The notes beneath the pieces are model-generated. The model searched no databases, had not been told where the DNA came from, and saw only the letters and a program-made list of their open reading frames with translations. A program made the position numbers and the translations under genes. From assembly GCA_020536535.1 (NCBI GenBank), contig JAHLWZ010000514.1, positions 1 through 37,259 on the forward strand: DNA of 37,259 nucleotides, given 5' to 3'. This DNA is from Pelomyxa schiedti (taxonomy: Eukaryota > Protista > Evosea). Below, one piece after another: positions 35,642 through 37,259 of this stretch (its first letter is position 1; each line of letters opens with the position of its first letter).

Positions 35642-36325
35642 ACATGGGGAATATGGCGTGGATCATCCTCAGGAGGCGTTGTTGTGCATCAATCCGGCGT
35701 CAAGAACTTCCGGTGTGACAAGAAGGGCTCATCGTCATCCTCAATGGCGGCTGTGATTTCCTCTTGTGATGACAGCTTCCTGTTGTGATACAGCATGTGA
35801 GCAGAAACAAGGTGGTAAGAACCGTCACTGTTAGTCCTGCTGAAATACTAAAAACTAAAAACTAAAAAAACACAAGAAAAAAAAGAAAAGAACCTGCTTG
35901 CTGGCTGAGATGGATGCCACAACCGGAGTTTTCACGGCACCTGTTACTGGGGTATCAACTATAGCTGGTTTAGTTTTGCTCTCTTTCATCGTCAGATGGA
36001 ACAACAATCAGTGTAAGGGTGTGTTCTGGTATACACTGTGATTCCAAATCACACCCAGAGTGGGTTCCAAGCTGTTCCCAAAGGGTGGTCTCAAAATGGG
36101 AAAAAACACTACCAAAGTGGAGGTAAAATCACAATGGGCTCGATGTGGGAGCTCCCAATGTGGACACACAGTGGTCCCCAGGTGGTACCTGTTCCAGCCC
36201 CTCTGCCCCATCTACTTTCTGAAAGCAAATATTTTTTTTTCTTTTGCCTGAAGTGGAAAACAAACTTCAGGCCAGGAATGGAAGCGTGGAGTGCAGGAGC
36301 CCAGTGGTGGGGGGTGTGTAGGAGT

Positions 36326-36408
36326 GAGAGAGCGAGAGAGAGCGAGAGAGAGCGAGAGAGAGCGAGAGAGAGCGAGAGAGAGCGAGAGAGAGCGAGAGAG
36401 AGTGAGAG
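36326..36408 (+). repeat. (AGCGAGAGAG)7 decamer tandem repeat
   Basis: Seven exact copies at 36331-36400. Confidence 0.97.
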
Positions 36409-36546
36409 CAAGGGCTGTTAGTGCTGAGGTGAAGTGGGTGGAGGCGGAAGTAAAGCCTGACATTGCACTCTGTTCATCAGCCCTTCTGGCATCCAGGGTC
36501 CTGTTGTCGTTGAGTGGGGTGATGTTAAAAAGGGAATGTACCTTGG

Positions 36547-36646
36547 NNNNNNNNNNNNNNNNNNNNNNNNNNNNNNNNNNNNNNNNNNNNNNNNNNNNNN
36601 NNNNNNNNNNNNNNNNNNNNNNNNNNNNNNNNNNNNNNNNNNNNNN
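36547..36646. other. Scaffold gap (100 N)
   Basis: Run of 100 N. Confidence 1.
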
Positions 36647-37259
36647 ATGGCCAAACTGTGTCGTGTCATTGATTTGGATGTGGTCTTTATACAAATCTGT
36701 GGAAAGGATTAGACAGAGAAAGAGAGATTTGTAAATCACATGTCCGAATGCTTTTTGATTTATATATATCGCTAGGCATAGGAGCAAGACTCAAGGCTAT
36801 TTGCAAGTCTTTAACAAGTAATAGACCACACCAACGTCCGTCCCTTAATCCACCATGAGCTGCGTACGTTTGAGACATTAATGATGGCGGTACCCGCATA
36901 CCCCTATTTGGGAGGCACTTTTGTATGTTACTTGGGTACACAACTGTGTATTGTAAGTGAAGTAGAAGAGGGGAAAGAAAATAACTAACCAGCAATCTTC
37001 TTGCAAACCAAAACACTTCCTGCCATTGTTTCTGGATAGGGTCTCACAGATACACACTGCTCTTGTATTGTAAGTAATATCTGTTGATCCAAAATGGGCT
37101 GCCCCAGGCCTTTGAGGTAGGTGAGAATCCTGTTGGCCACCTTTTCGTCCAGCGTCCACTGCAGCTGAGCCGGCTTGTCTTGATGAAAAAGAAAAAACAT
37201 AGGAAGACAGAGGAAAACCTGACCCTCCAGGATCCCTTGGCCAATGTTAGAACGTGGGG
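36647..37259 (-). CDS. Partial, apparently intact paralogous or allelic copy of the 31-33 kb hypothetical gene (runs off the window end and into the gap)
   Basis: Near-identical to 31664-32052 plus an extra 36819-37042 containing a 46-nt GT-AG intron (36944-36989). The frame stays open: ..QEQCVSVRPYPETMAGSVLVCKKIA|VVYPSNIQK..SKSIRT|YLYKDHIQINDTTQFGH. Confidence 0.7.

Noticed and set aside
36038-36787. RE/RS-repeat ORFs suggesting an SR-like protein
   Set aside because: Produced by the 10-bp repeat, which is not a multiple of three, and by translation through Ns.

Overview
This is gene-dense, intron-rich eukaryotic DNA with short (about 40-120 nt) spliceosomal introns, loose GT donors and two 100-N scaffold gaps. 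The gene set, intron style and one lineage-type ORF suggest an amoebozoan protist, possibly an archamoeba such as Pelomyxa; that assignment is inference only. Recognisable genes are IST1, a TM9SF1-like nonaspanin, a TRF4/TENT4-like poly(A) polymerase, CSN1, CWC25, COMMD2 and eIF4E. Less ordinary items: an eIF4E with two PAM2-like motifs in a long N-terminal extension; a HAS1/DDX18-derived DEAD-box pseudo-helicase; a membrane-anchored metallophosphoesterase that lacks its metal ligands; an IST1 linker with about 30 FPxxP (MIM2-like) repeats; a MYND finger probably joined to a papain-like Cys-His-Asn domain; a 41-bp-arm hairpin; and recent local duplications, one with a frameshifting deletion. 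I found no rRNA, tRNA, CRISPR array or transposase. Exon structures were spliced by eye, so ends marked uncertain may move.
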